Shown: piece after piece, positions 18,422-27,273 of the stretch | Position numbering within the stretch: the stretch's first letter is position 1 | Layout: every line of letters begins with the position of its first letter | IMG/VR virus record: IMGVR_UViG_3300020599_000008 | Coordinates: 1-59,499 of that record | Direction: 5' to 3' (one strand) | From: a virus | Taxonomy: Duplodnaviria > Caudoviricetes | DNA length: 59,499 nucleotides | Notes under the pieces: generated by a model | Database searches by the model: none | What the model was told of the DNA's origin: nothing | Seen by the model: the letters and a program-made list of their open reading frames with translations, nothing else | Translations under genes and position numbers: made by a program

Positions 18422-18778
18422 CTACACCCTGACCCGGCCCTCTCGCCAGAACCAATCACGAATATCATCTGCGCCGTTTAGAACCGTTTTCCCCGCATGG
18501 AGCGCGGTGTCCAACACGACGCCGTCCCGGATGTTCGCCAACTCCTGTCGTAGAGCCTCATAGCCGTCGAGCGCGGCCTGCGCGGCCTTGCTGCTGAACG
18601 ACGCGACCGATGCGCCCGCAGCGCTCGCGACTCGGATTACGTAGGCGTTCATCAGCGCCTCTTCGGCCTGGAGCCGTGGTATCCAGTCAACCAGCGGCTG
18701 GAGCAGCGGCTCGGGCTCGTCTAGCCACTGATCGGGGGTTCCGCCGTAGAATCGGCAGAGTCGAGCGAGACTTTCCCC
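18422..18778 (-). CDS. tail assembly chaperone, -1 frameshift extension (gpGT-like)
   Basis: Open -1 frame entered at GGGGAAAG (18771-18778), lying just before the tape measure gene. Confidence 0.7.
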   Translation of the reverse strand, partial: GESLARLCRFYGGTPDQWLDEPEPLLQPLVDWIPRLQAEEALMNAYVIRVASAAGASVASFSSKAAQAALDGYEALRQELANIRDGVVLDTALHAGKTVLNGADDIRDWFWREGRVRV

Positions 18779-19215
18779 AAGGTCAGACGATCGGCGAGGC
18801 GACGCAGACGCGTCGGACCGGTCGGCAGCGGGGTCGGCGGCTCCTGATTCATCGGGGGCGTCGGAGTCGTCGCCCCCTGGCTGAAAAGCTGCAGCACATA
18901 GGCACACAAGCGCCCGTGCTCTCGCATGCTCAACTGCTCGACCACCGCGAGCGGCACATCGGGCATCGCGATGATCATGACCTCTCGCATTGCGCGCTCA
19001 TAGATCTTGACGTCGTCCTCGGTGACGTCGTCCTCCTCGGCCTGCTCGAACTCCACGATGCCCTTGAGGAGTCCGGACAATCGTTTGCGCTCGCGCGTCG
19101 AGTACTCGGCGGTATCGCGCAGCATGTAGATCCGGCGCTCGCCGGCGACGTTGATCGCCACCGGCAGGCGGTCCGGAACCGCGGTATCGAGTGACAGACG
19201 GGGCCGCTGGTTCAC
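18721..19215 (-). CDS. tail assembly chaperone (gpG-like)
   Basis: Between major tail and tape measure genes; slippery site near 3' end. Confidence 0.75.
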   Translation of the reverse strand: MNQRPRLSLDTAVPDRLPVAINVAGERRIYMLRDTAEYSTRERKRLSGLLKGIVEFEQAEEDDVTEDDVKIYERAMREVMIIAMPDVPLAVVEQLSMREHGRLCAYVLQLFSQGATTPTPPMNQEPPTPLPTGPTRLRRLADRLTLGKVSLDSADSTAEPPISG

Positions 19216-19256
19216 GTGTGTGCCTCTCGTGCTAGAACAATCGAGCCGTCACGCCG

Positions 19257-19877
19257 CTAGGCGGAGGCGGGCTCGTACTTGCGGAGCGTCAGGATCCGCG
19301 CCGGCGTCGCGGTATCGTCGGGCAGCGCGGTGGTCTCGATGGGGATTCGGGCCGCGGTGGCGCGCTGCCCCAGGGTGGACTGCAACCCGCCGGTCGCGAG
19401 GCCCTTCCACACGATGATGCGGAACGGCTCGCCGTTGGTCGGCTGCTCCGCGTCGATGCCCCACGAGCGATAGTCGTCCGACACATTGGCCGTGACTTCA
19501 TACTCGTCGAACCCACGGGCACCAGATGTCGGGGCCGTCGTCGCGACCGTGCCCTGCCCGAGCCCGAGCTTGAGGTTTTCGGGCGTGAACTCGATCAGGT
19601 TGCTGCCCAGCGTGATGGTGCGGCCCGTGATCGGACGGAACAGCGGATCAAGGACCTGATCCGCGGGGATCTCGCCGCGCTCAACCGCCATGTTGAACGT
19701 GATGCCCTCCTGGGTGTAGCCCACGGAGGTCCAGTCGTTGGCCTGCCCCACGGCCTTGGTCCACGGGACCCCGAAATCCCCGGTGGTCGGGGTGTCGATC
19801 GGGAACGCGTTGTCCTCGTCGAACGGCGTCGCGTACAGATGCGCGACACCGAACAGGACGGCAGAAGAATCAGCCAC
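19257..19877 (-). CDS. major tail tube protein
   Basis: WTSVGYTQEGITF motif; synteny. Confidence 0.85.
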   Translation of the reverse strand: MADSSAVLFGVAHLYATPFDEDNAFPIDTPTTGDFGVPWTKAVGQANDWTSVGYTQEGITFNMAVERGEIPADQVLDPLFRPITGRTITLGSNLIEFTPENLKLGLGQGTVATTAPTSGARGFDEYEVTANVSDDYRSWGIDAEQPTNGEPFRIIVWKGLATGGLQSTLGQRATAARIPIETTALPDDTATPARILTLRKYEPASA

Positions 19878-19938
19878 GTGAATGCTCCTCTACGGAATCG
19901 GTCGCCCTGGCCCTCTACGGCCCAGAGTCAACCCAAGA

Positions 19939-20199
19939 TCAGAACGGCAGGTCTTGGTCCGGCGCATCCGCCGGAGCTTCGCTCGCCGGGGGCTCCTCAG
20001 GCTCAGGATCCTCCTTCCCCTTGGTAGACGTGGACTTGAGCTCGAACCGGAACCCCCGGCCCTCGTAATAGGCCAGTTGGTCCTCGGTGAGCGCGATCAC
20101 GCCTCCACGTGCAATGCGCTGGTCGGGATCAGCGCCGATCCGCGAGATCGCGATCGGCCCGTCGATCCATCGGTACTGCCGGGTCTTTGGCTTTGCCAA
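19939..20199 (-). CDS. hypothetical protein
   Basis: TTG start after GAAAGGGGG; acidic tail. Confidence 0.55.
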   Translation of the reverse strand: MAKPKTRQYRWIDGPIAISRIGADPDQRIARGGVIALTEDQLAYYEGRGFRFELKSTSTKGKEDPEPEEPPASEAPADAPDQDLPF

Positions 20200-20205
20200 T
20201 CGGCA

Positions 20206-20673
20206 TCACCCCCTTTCCGCGTAGTTGTGATCGCCGGGTCGTGGCCCGATGTTGGCCGCGGGCCCGACACGCGCGCGAATCCGGTCGTACAGGGCGCGCG
20301 CCTGCTGGATCGTGATCGGCTCGATCATGCCGATCACGTGGGCTTCGAGCGTCATGGTGTGGGCGAATTCGGAGTCCTGGGTCAGGTTCTCGAACGCCGC
20401 GTAGATGCCCCAGACCCCGTGATACGGTTTCTCAATCCCCGCGACCGTGAAATAGCGATCGACGCGACCGTTGCGGCTCTTCCACCCGTGGACGTTGCGG
20501 ATCAGGTACCAGCGGTCCAGCATGGCGTCGCGCCGCGCCCGCAGGGCCCGTGCGGTCAGCAGGCCGTTGTCGTCGTGCTCGGTCGCGATCCGGAGCTGCT
20601 CGTCGGTCATGGCGCGCCACGTGTCCGGCTGGTCCGGCAGCACCGGGTCCATCACGGGGATCATGTCGCTCAT
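20206..20673 (-). CDS. hypothetical protein
   Basis: ATGA coupling to upstream gene. Confidence 0.65.
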   Translation of the reverse strand: MSDMIPVMDPVLPDQPDTWRAMTDEQLRIATEHDDNGLLTARALRARRDAMLDRWYLIRNVHGWKSRNGRVDRYFTVAGIEKPYHGVWGIYAAFENLTQDSEFAHTMTLEAHVIGMIEPITIQQARALYDRIRARVGPAANIGPRPGDHNYAERG

Positions 20674-21098
20674 GCCACTGCCTCCATCAGGACCGTCAGG
20701 CCATACGACGCGAACACGAACGGCCATCCCTGCTGAGTTTCGAGCCGCAGGAGCCCGCTCTCGGGCTCCACTTCGGCGATCACGCAACCCTGCTCGACAA
20801 TCCGGCTCGATCCCCACGGTGGCGTCAGGATGCTCGCGACCACCCGGGCCCCGCGCATCGCCTCGTAACCCGTCGAGCCGTAGACCTGCACGTCAACCCG
20901 TGCGTGCATGTAGGGCGAGCGTCCGAGCTGACCGCGCCCCCCGGCAGCCGCGACCCCGATGTAGTTCTCGGGCATATCGGCGGAATCCGGGATGTGGAGC
21001 ACGACCCTCGCGGCTGGCGCAAATGCCAGGATCTCGGGCTGCCGCCGTAGATACGCGACCACGGCACTGCTGTAGTCAGGCTGCACGGGCCGCGTCAT
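20670..21098 (-). CDS. tail terminator / completion protein
   Basis: RVDVQVYG motif; follows HK97 gp10-like gene. Confidence 0.7.
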   Translation of the reverse strand: MTRPVQPDYSSAVVAYLRRQPEILAFAPAARVVLHIPDSADMPENYIGVAAAGGRGQLGRSPYMHARVDVQVYGSTGYEAMRGARVVASILTPPWGSSRIVEQGCVIAEVEPESGLLRLETQQGWPFVFASYGLTVLMEAVA

Positions 21099-21433
21099 CG
21101 TGGCCCCACGCGCTGCAACAGCGTCGGGAACAGCCGGTCGGCCACGGGCCGCAAATATGGGTGCGCGGGCATCTTGTAGGTCCCGAGCTCCTGGTAGATC
21201 GCGTACCGGACCGTGTAGGCCCCGAATGAGCCCGTGATGCTGCCGCCCGAGCGCTTCGCGCCCTTGAACTGGATGTCGTTCTTGAGGGCCCCGGTGTCGA
21301 CGGCAACGAGCGTTTGGGCCTCGGCCGCGCAGTCCGCGAGCACCGAATCGACCGCCTGGATCATCTGGTCCTGGAACTGGCGCAGCAGTTGGTCGCCGTA
21401 CCATTCGAGCGACATGGTGTAGCCGTTGGCCAT
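21095..21433 (-). CDS. HK97 gp10-family neck protein
   Basis: VDTGALKNDI...YAIYQELGTYKMPAHPYLRP. Confidence 0.88.
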   Translation of the reverse strand: MANGYTMSLEWYGDQLLRQFQDQMIQAVDSVLADCAAEAQTLVAVDTGALKNDIQFKGAKRSGGSITGSFGAYTVRYAIYQELGTYKMPAHPYLRPVADRLFPTLLQRVGPR

Positions 21434-21840
21434 TACGTCACCCCGTACTCTTCGAGCACCAGCAGCGCGTGGGTGCTGCGCAGCACCACGGCGTCGACCC
21501 GCATGGGCCGGACGTTGAGTTGCCGCCCCGTCAGATCGATGACCTGCGAAACGCGATCGCCCTCCAGCACGTTGGCGTCCTGCGCGACCGTCATGCCGTA
21601 GCGCCGCTGCACCGTGTCGATTGCCGCGCCCGGCACCTGCCCTAGCACCGAACCCGCAATCGGGACGGGGAACCGGCACGGGATCGTCCCCACGGTCGTC
21701 CACGTTGGAGCGCCGCCATAGCCTGCCGACGGCTCATCCCCGAGCGTCGCGCGCTGGATCGTCGCGCTGTCCACGTGGAATCCCTCGACGCCCCGGCGAT
21801 GCCGCTGGTACGTGTAGGGCCGGATACCCCCGGTGCTCAT
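21433..21840 (-). CDS. head-closure (stopper) protein
   Basis: Synteny; WTTVGTIPCR...EGDRV pattern. Confidence 0.65.
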   Translation of the reverse strand: MSTGGIRPYTYQRHRRGVEGFHVDSATIQRATLGDEPSAGYGGAPTWTTVGTIPCRFPVPIAGSVLGQVPGAAIDTVQRRYGMTVAQDANVLEGDRVSQVIDLTGRQLNVRPMRVDAVVLRSTHALLVLEEYGVT

Positions 21841-22271
21841 ACGCTGAACTCCGACTCGACCGTGGGGGCTGGACCGACGCGCCGATCAATGACCGACCGG
21901 TAGACGATCGCGGGAACCGACAACCCCGGGACCCCGAGGGCCCGGGCTTCGGAGCGCGCGACCTTGTACATCTGGCGAGCCTGCTCGTGCATCTTCTGAC
22001 GGATCATCCGCACGCCATCGGGCGGCGTCACGTCGTAGAACGCGACCGTGTGCTCCATGACCGCGCGCCACAGAGCCACGCGCCCCGCGGCCCGCAGGAC
22101 GGGCGGTTCCACCGCGCTGGCGTCATCAGCCTCGACCATGTAGAGCGTGTCGGTCACGAGCTCCTGGTACTGGCCCAGAGACTCGTCATCCGGGACGCTC
22201 CACCCGAGTTCACCCGTGACATCGGGCCCCGCGGTCGTGTGCATGAAGGTCGCGAGTTCCAGCGCGTCCAC
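21837..22271 (-). CDS. head-tail adaptor
   Basis: Synteny after capsid; size. Confidence 0.6.
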   Translation of the reverse strand: MDALELATFMHTTAGPDVTGELGWSVPDDESLGQYQELVTDTLYMVEADDASAVEPPVLRAAGRVALWRAVMEHTVAFYDVTPPDGVRMIRQKMHEQARQMYKVARSEARALGVPGLSVPAIVYRSVIDRRVGPAPTVESEFSV

Positions 22272-22272
22272 G

Positions 22273-22614
22273 CTACCCCTCGACTCCGCGCAGCCGCTTG
22301 ATCGCGGCCTTGGTCATGTCTGCGGCCAGCAGCGATTCATCAGACAGCGCCTCCACGGCCTCGCGGGTCTCGATCCCCATGGACACGAGGTTCATCAACA
22401 CCGCGTCCTTGGCGTTGATCTCGTGGCCCATCTGGACCAGTTCCTCGGGCAGCAGCGGGTTGTGCTCGTCCCCCGGGTTGCCCGTGTCACCGGACTCCGC
22501 AGTGGATCCCCCGGTCCCGGCAGAAGTCTCACCCTCTACCGGTTCCGGGGCTTCATCGACGGGCTTGCCGTTGGGATCAACCCGAATGCCGTCGACGATG
22601 TAGGTGATGCTCAT
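22273..22614 (-). CDS. hypothetical protein
   Basis: GAGAGG SD; follows major capsid gene. Confidence 0.65.
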   Translation of the reverse strand: MSITYIVDGIRVDPNGKPVDEAPEPVEGETSAGTGGSTAESGDTGNPGDEHNPLLPEELVQMGHEINAKDAVLMNLVSMGIETREAVEALSDESLLAADMTKAAIKRLRGVEG

Positions 22615-22658
22615 GTGTCGTGGCCTCTCTGGTGATGCGCGGTTACGCGCGCCGCGTG

Positions 22659-23732
22659 CTAGATCGACGGAGCCGTGTAGGTCCCGCCCCCCGTCACGGT
22701 GTCGAGTACCGCGCCGTTGGCCCGATTGTGGATTCCCACGCCGTATCGGTGTTCCCACTCGGTCGCACGCAGCGGATAGTTCTCGTCCTGGGCGACGACC
22801 CGGAAGTTCTGAGCAGCGGCGACCAGCGGCTGGCGCAGCGCGACCGGCGGCTCAACCCCCCGGATCGTCGCGAACGGATAGCCAGCCTCGACCCACGGCT
22901 TGACCACAACCTCGGCACCATTGAGGAGCCCGATCGCCCGGTCATACAGGTTGCGCATGTCGAGCGTGCGGAGCGCCACGAGTTCGGCTCGCTGATCCCT
23001 CAACCGCGCGTCGACGTATTCCTTGAAGTCCGTGAATCCCCGGACCTTGGACTCGTCCGCCCGGTTGATGTACACCACGGCATTGCCCACGTTGAAGTGC
23101 TCGACCACGTGCTCAATGAGCTTTTCGTAGTCGGACTGAGTCGGAGTGTTGGCGGTCGTGATCCCGAGGTAGTGCGTGTGGGACGCGCCGTTGAACGCGG
23201 TGCCCCCTGGGCCCGTCGGGATCGGCAGGCTATCGGCGTTGAGCAACGCCTTGATCGGCAAATCGATCGCGGGCATCTGCTGCTGGTCCTTGAGCGTGTA
23301 GTTGGTCGGGTTGTAGATCGCGCGCTTGATCTGCCGATACAGGTTCTGCTCGTCCGCGTCGGTGATGACGTTGACCTTGCGGATGAACTCCTCGGCCGTC
23401 ATGTTCTCGAACGCAAACCGAGTCCACTGGATTGCCCCGCCGTAGCGGCGTAGCGGCCACCCAATGTTGTAACTCGGGACATCGCTCTTCTGGGCCGACG
23501 GCTGGCCGAACTCGTCCAGTTCCTGGATCTCTCCGTCGGTCGTGCCCCCGAAGATCCCAAGCCGGTCGGTTGTCCGGTGCCCGATCTGCTCGGCGGCCTG
23601 GTTGAACAGCAGTGTATGGGCCGCGAGATAGCCGTCGAGGTTCTGCCACAGCAGATCCTCCCCGACCTCGGCAGCCGTGGTCTTGTGGACCTCCGACACC
23701 GCATCGAGGGTGAAAATCGTTCCGAATGCCAT
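22659..23732 (-). CDS. major capsid protein
   Basis: 357 aa after scaffold and decoration genes; C-terminal YGVGIHNR..GAV. Confidence 0.8.
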   Translation of the reverse strand: MAFGTIFTLDAVSEVHKTTAAEVGEDLLWQNLDGYLAAHTLLFNQAAEQIGHRTTDRLGIFGGTTDGEIQELDEFGQPSAQKSDVPSYNIGWPLRRYGGAIQWTRFAFENMTAEEFIRKVNVITDADEQNLYRQIKRAIYNPTNYTLKDQQQMPAIDLPIKALLNADSLPIPTGPGGTAFNGASHTHYLGITTANTPTQSDYEKLIEHVVEHFNVGNAVVYINRADESKVRGFTDFKEYVDARLRDQRAELVALRTLDMRNLYDRAIGLLNGAEVVVKPWVEAGYPFATIRGVEPPVALRQPLVAAAQNFRVVAQDENYPLRATEWEHRYGVGIHNRANGAVLDTVTGGGTYTAPSI

Positions 23733-23781
23733 GCTTTACCCCTGTTCCTCAGTTGCCAACGAAGCCCGCCGGTGTTCCGGC

Positions 23782-24177
23782 TTAGGCGGAGCCGACGAAA
23801 AAGATGCGCGTGGCGTCGACCACGAACGCAACCGGCACGGTGCCCCCGGTGGTCGCGGCACCGTCGAGTCGCCCCGCGGTTGCCCCGACGTACAGGGGAG
23901 CGCCCGGCGTCAGGCCCGCGCCGTACCGGAACTCCACGTTTCGGAACAGGGTGACGGCCTCGCCCGACGCAGCCTCGCGGGCCGCGATCCCGTGGGCCTT
24001 GGCCTTGGCGTCGGCGGCGGTGCCGTCGGACCGCATGGCCTTGCCGGAGCTCGCGATGTAGCAGACGTCGCCCGCGGCGATCGCCTCCCCGGCCTTGATG
24101 CCCGACGCGATCACGCAGTTCTGGGGCGGAACAACGGAGCTGAGCGACGGCACGCCGCTCTTTGCGATGAGTGCCAT
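23782..24177 (-). CDS. head decoration / capsid cement protein
   Basis: AGEAIAAGDVCYI...GLTPGAPLYV Ala/Gly-rich pattern. Confidence 0.75.
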   Translation of the reverse strand: MALIAKSGVPSLSSVVPPQNCVIASGIKAGEAIAAGDVCYIASSGKAMRSDGTAADAKAKAHGIAAREAASGEAVTLFRNVEFRYGAGLTPGAPLYVGATAGRLDGAATTGGTVPVAFVVDATRIFFVGSA

Positions 24178-24216
24178 GTACTGGCCCTTTCGTGCTGTTC
24201 GCCGTCCGCCCCGGTA

Positions 24217-24804
24217 CTAGACCTGGACGCCGGCGTCCTTGAGGTACTTGTCGCGAATGTCATCCCGTGTCGTCGGCGGCTGCTTCTTGCCCGTGCGTGT
24301 CGGCGGAACCCCCTGGCGCTGCTCTTCCTGCTCGGGCTTTAGCGTGTCGCGGTTTTCCGCGATGTAGGCCAACTGCTCATCAACATCCATGCGGTCCAGC
24401 AACGTGATGATGTGGGTCGGCAACCCTTCACGTTCCGCGTCGAGGTATTTCTGCAACGCCGTCTTGAATCGCTCTGCGGACTCAGCCTTGGGCCGGAGTT
24501 CGTCGATCTCGGACTGGCGCTTGTCTGCGAGCTCCTGAAACTTCTGCTGCTCGGCCAGGGCTGCCTCTTCCGCGCGCTTGCGCTCGGCTTCGGCGTCATC
24601 GACCTGCTTCTTGAGCTTCGTGTACTCGCCCTCGGTTTTGCGGAGGTTCTGGATCGTGGCCCATGCCCGAGCCGGGTCGAACTGGTCGCCCCAGGGTGGC
24701 GTCTCGCCGCCCTTCGGGTCGGTCTGCGGATCATCCGAGGTGGGCTTCTCGCCCTGTGGCTGATCCGGGTCCTTGAGGTCGCCCACGAGGCATCTCGCCT
24801 TCAT
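24217..24804 (-). CDS. capsid scaffold protein
   Basis: Charged coiled coil upstream of capsid genes. Confidence 0.75.
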   Translation of the reverse strand: MKARCLVGDLKDPDQPQGEKPTSDDPQTDPKGGETPPWGDQFDPARAWATIQNLRKTEGEYTKLKKQVDDAEAERKRAEEAALAEQQKFQELADKRQSEIDELRPKAESAERFKTALQKYLDAEREGLPTHIITLLDRMDVDEQLAYIAENRDTLKPEQEEQRQGVPPTRTGKKQPPTTRDDIRDKYLKDAGVQV

Positions 24805-24864
24805 GTTTGCGACGCCGCAGCAGCGCGTCAGGTTGCGCCCGATCAGCGCCGCGTCGTTGTGGCG

Positions 24865-24903
24865 ATTATGACATCGAATATCTCATGTATCAATATCTGT
24901 CAA
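24865..24903 (-). promoter_or_regulatory. promoter for scaffold/capsid genes
   Basis: Minus strand TTGATA-17-CATAAT, overlapping TTGACA-17-TATTCG. Confidence 0.6.
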
Positions 24904-25013
24904 GTTGATTCAGGATGACAGCGGGGTGATGAGCAAGAGCCCCAAGGTCGTGATACGTTGAAGCCACGAGACACAATTCGCGTCTCGCACGGCTCACGAC
25001 ATAGGAGAGGCAT

Positions 25014-26279
25014 ATGTCAGGCATGAAACCACTGTTTGAGAAGCACGATGCTTCCGCCGTCTTCGGCGCTCAACGGCGAGCGATTGAGGATCGCATCCAG
25101 AAGGAATCACGGCACTACGTTCTCAACGTTGACATTCAGGAGTATGTCAACTTCATCGTTAGCGAAAGAGGCATAACCCCCATCGTCCTCTACCCGGATC
25201 GCATGCAGATGGACCACTATGACACCCTGGTGGATCGCAGGTACGTTCGGAACATCGGGCCGTCTCTGCGGGGTGAGAGCGCTAAGGTCCCGGGCAAAGT
25301 CTTTACGTTCTCGGTGCCATTCACAGGTGATTCGGGATTGTTTGACGTACAACCGAGTTCACACTACATGAATCATCCGTATGCCCAGGTAAACCTCGAG
25401 ACAATTGAATTCGAGGCTCGAAGCGGACGCCACTACGATCCAGCAGACATTCGGCGCGCATTCGACCGAGAACTTGACCTCGCCCAGAAGTACATCGCTC
25501 ACCTCACGGAAGATGTTGATCGGTTCAACCAAGAGCTTCCCAAGTTCGTCGAACAAGCCCTTTTGTCCCGCCGGGAAGCCATTCTTGAGGATGAACGCAA
25601 GCTCAACGAGATCGGGATTCCGCGCCGCACCGATCCCATCGCGACCTACAGTGTGCCGCTGGAAACACGCAAGGAAGTCGTGCCTCCCCCGCAGGTCACA
25701 CGTGAGATCCGCAACCCCGACCCGGTGCTCGCATTAGCCCAGTACGACGAGATCGTCAAGACCATCTATGACGCAACGCTCGTGCTGGAACGTAGCCCCC
25801 GGACATTCCACGACTTTGAGGAGGAGCAGGTCCGCGACATCCTGCTTGTGCTGCTCAACAATCAGTACATCGGCACCGTGACGGGCGAGACATTCAATGG
25901 CAAGGGCAAGACCGACATCCTGATCCGCCATGAGGGCAGCACGCTCTTCATCGGGGAGTGCAAGATCTGGACGGGCCCCAAGTCGCTCAAACGCGCGGTC
26001 GATCAACTGCTCGGGTACGTGACGTGGCGCGACACCAAGGCCGCGATCATTGTCTTTGACAAGCGAGGGCAGTTGACCCGGATTCTGGACCGCATCCCCG
26101 GGGTCATGGCCGGGCACCCGAACTTCAAGCAGGACCTTGGGCCCGTGGGCGAGGCTGGTTATCGATCCATTCTCCGGCAGCGGGACGATCCTGCTCGGGA
26201 CCTCATGGTCACGGTCCTGGCGTTTACGGTGCCTAACCCTGACCCGAATGCTGAGCCGGAACCCGAGGAGGAGGAGTAA
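25014..26279 (+). CDS. moron: PD-(D/E)xK restriction-endonuclease-like protein
   Basis: EEQVRD...GETFNGKGKTDILIR...FIGECKIW; opposite strand, more AT-rich, AGGAGAGG SD. Confidence 0.8.
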   Translation: MSGMKPLFEKHDASAVFGAQRRAIEDRIQKESRHYVLNVDIQEYVNFIVSERGITPIVLYPDRMQMDHYDTLVDRRYVRNIGPSLRGESAKVPGKVFTFSVPFTGDSGLFDVQPSSHYMNHPYAQVNLETIEFEARSGRHYDPADIRRAFDRELDLAQKYIAHLTEDVDRFNQELPKFVEQALLSRREAILEDERKLNEIGIPRRTDPIATYSVPLETRKEVVPPPQVTREIRNPDPVLALAQYDEIVKTIYDATLVLERSPRTFHDFEEEQVRDILLVLLNNQYIGTVTGETFNGKGKTDILIRHEGSTLFIGECKIWTGPKSLKRAVDQLLGYVTWRDTKAAIIVFDKRGQLTRILDRIPGVMAGHPNFKQDLGPVGEAGYRSILRQRDDPARDLMVTVLAFTVPNPDPNAEPEPEEEE

Positions 26280-27273
26280 TCCCGAGGTCACGGTTCGAGC
26301 AACGGCGTAGTCCCGGGCCCCATCGGGGATCGTTGACGCGCTGGACGAAATCCTTGAGCGCCACGTCACCGTTCAGATACGCCGCGTGAGCCGTGGGCCC
26401 GAGGAGCCGGCGCTGAACCTCGTCGGGCTGGTCCTCGAACCAGTCTTCGCCCGTTGGCCCGAGGTCCGCCATCGAATCGACCGGCAGGTATGCGGCACTA
26501 CACCGACAGTTCGGGTGCGAGTCCAGCGTTTCGTTCATGGTGTGCCATGTCCCGTGCATCGCGAGGCACACGACACACGGGGCATCGGTGCTGTCGACGG
26601 CCGCGAGCCACGTCCACCCGGCCAGCAGGTCGTGGCGCGCCTGCGCCTGCTCAGCACTGGCGCGCCGATACGCCCCCACGACCTCGGTGCGGCTGATCGT
26701 CAGGGCGCGGCTCATGTTGCCCCCGAGCGCAGTCCTGACCTCACGCGCCACCTCCCGGGGCCCGATGCCGCGCCCTACCCCGGCGATCAGCGCCCGTTCC
26801 ACCTGTTTCGCGGCGTCCGGCCCAAGCTCATCGAGCAGCGCGCGCAGCGGCGAACCGTCCTGCAGGCGTCCCACGAGCCCCACGAGCGCGGTGTTGGGCA
26901 GGGCCACGAGATCCTGATAGCCCGCACGTGCCAGCATCGCCATGGTCGCGCCTCGGCCCAGCACCACGGCTTCGGCCTGTAGGCGCTCCATCGTCGCGCC
27001 ATGCCCCGCGACGATGCGCCCTACCTCCTCCTCGGTCTGGCGCAGCAGGATACGGGCACGCTCGTACTCCCGGATCTTCCACGCGGGCAACTCCTCGCCC
27101 TCCAGGAACCGCGCCTGCAGGTCCTGCGCGATGTCCGTGACATCCTGCTCCAGCCGCGCCCACGTGGCCCCGTAGGCGCGGATCAGCGCCTCCTCGGCCA
27201 CGGCCTCACGGGCGATCAGGCGCAGGCGGTACGCCTGGGCGATCGCGTGGATGTCCTCGACGAGATCAGGCAT
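26233..27273 (-). CDS. minor head protein (MuF / SPP1 gp7-like)
   Basis: RALTISRTE...CVVC...HPNCRC. Confidence 0.9.
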   Translation of the reverse strand: MPDLVEDIHAIAQAYRLRLIAREAVAEEALIRAYGATWARLEQDVTDIAQDLQARFLEGEELPAWKIREYERARILLRQTEEEVGRIVAGHGATMERLQAEAVVLGRGATMAMLARAGYQDLVALPNTALVGLVGRLQDGSPLRALLDELGPDAAKQVERALIAGVGRGIGPREVAREVRTALGGNMSRALTISRTEVVGAYRRASAEQAQARHDLLAGWTWLAAVDSTDAPCVVCLAMHGTWHTMNETLDSHPNCRCSAAYLPVDSMADLGPTGEDWFEDQPDEVQRRLLGPTAHAAYLNGDVALKDFVQRVNDPRWGPGLRRCSNRDLGITPPPRVPAQHSGQG

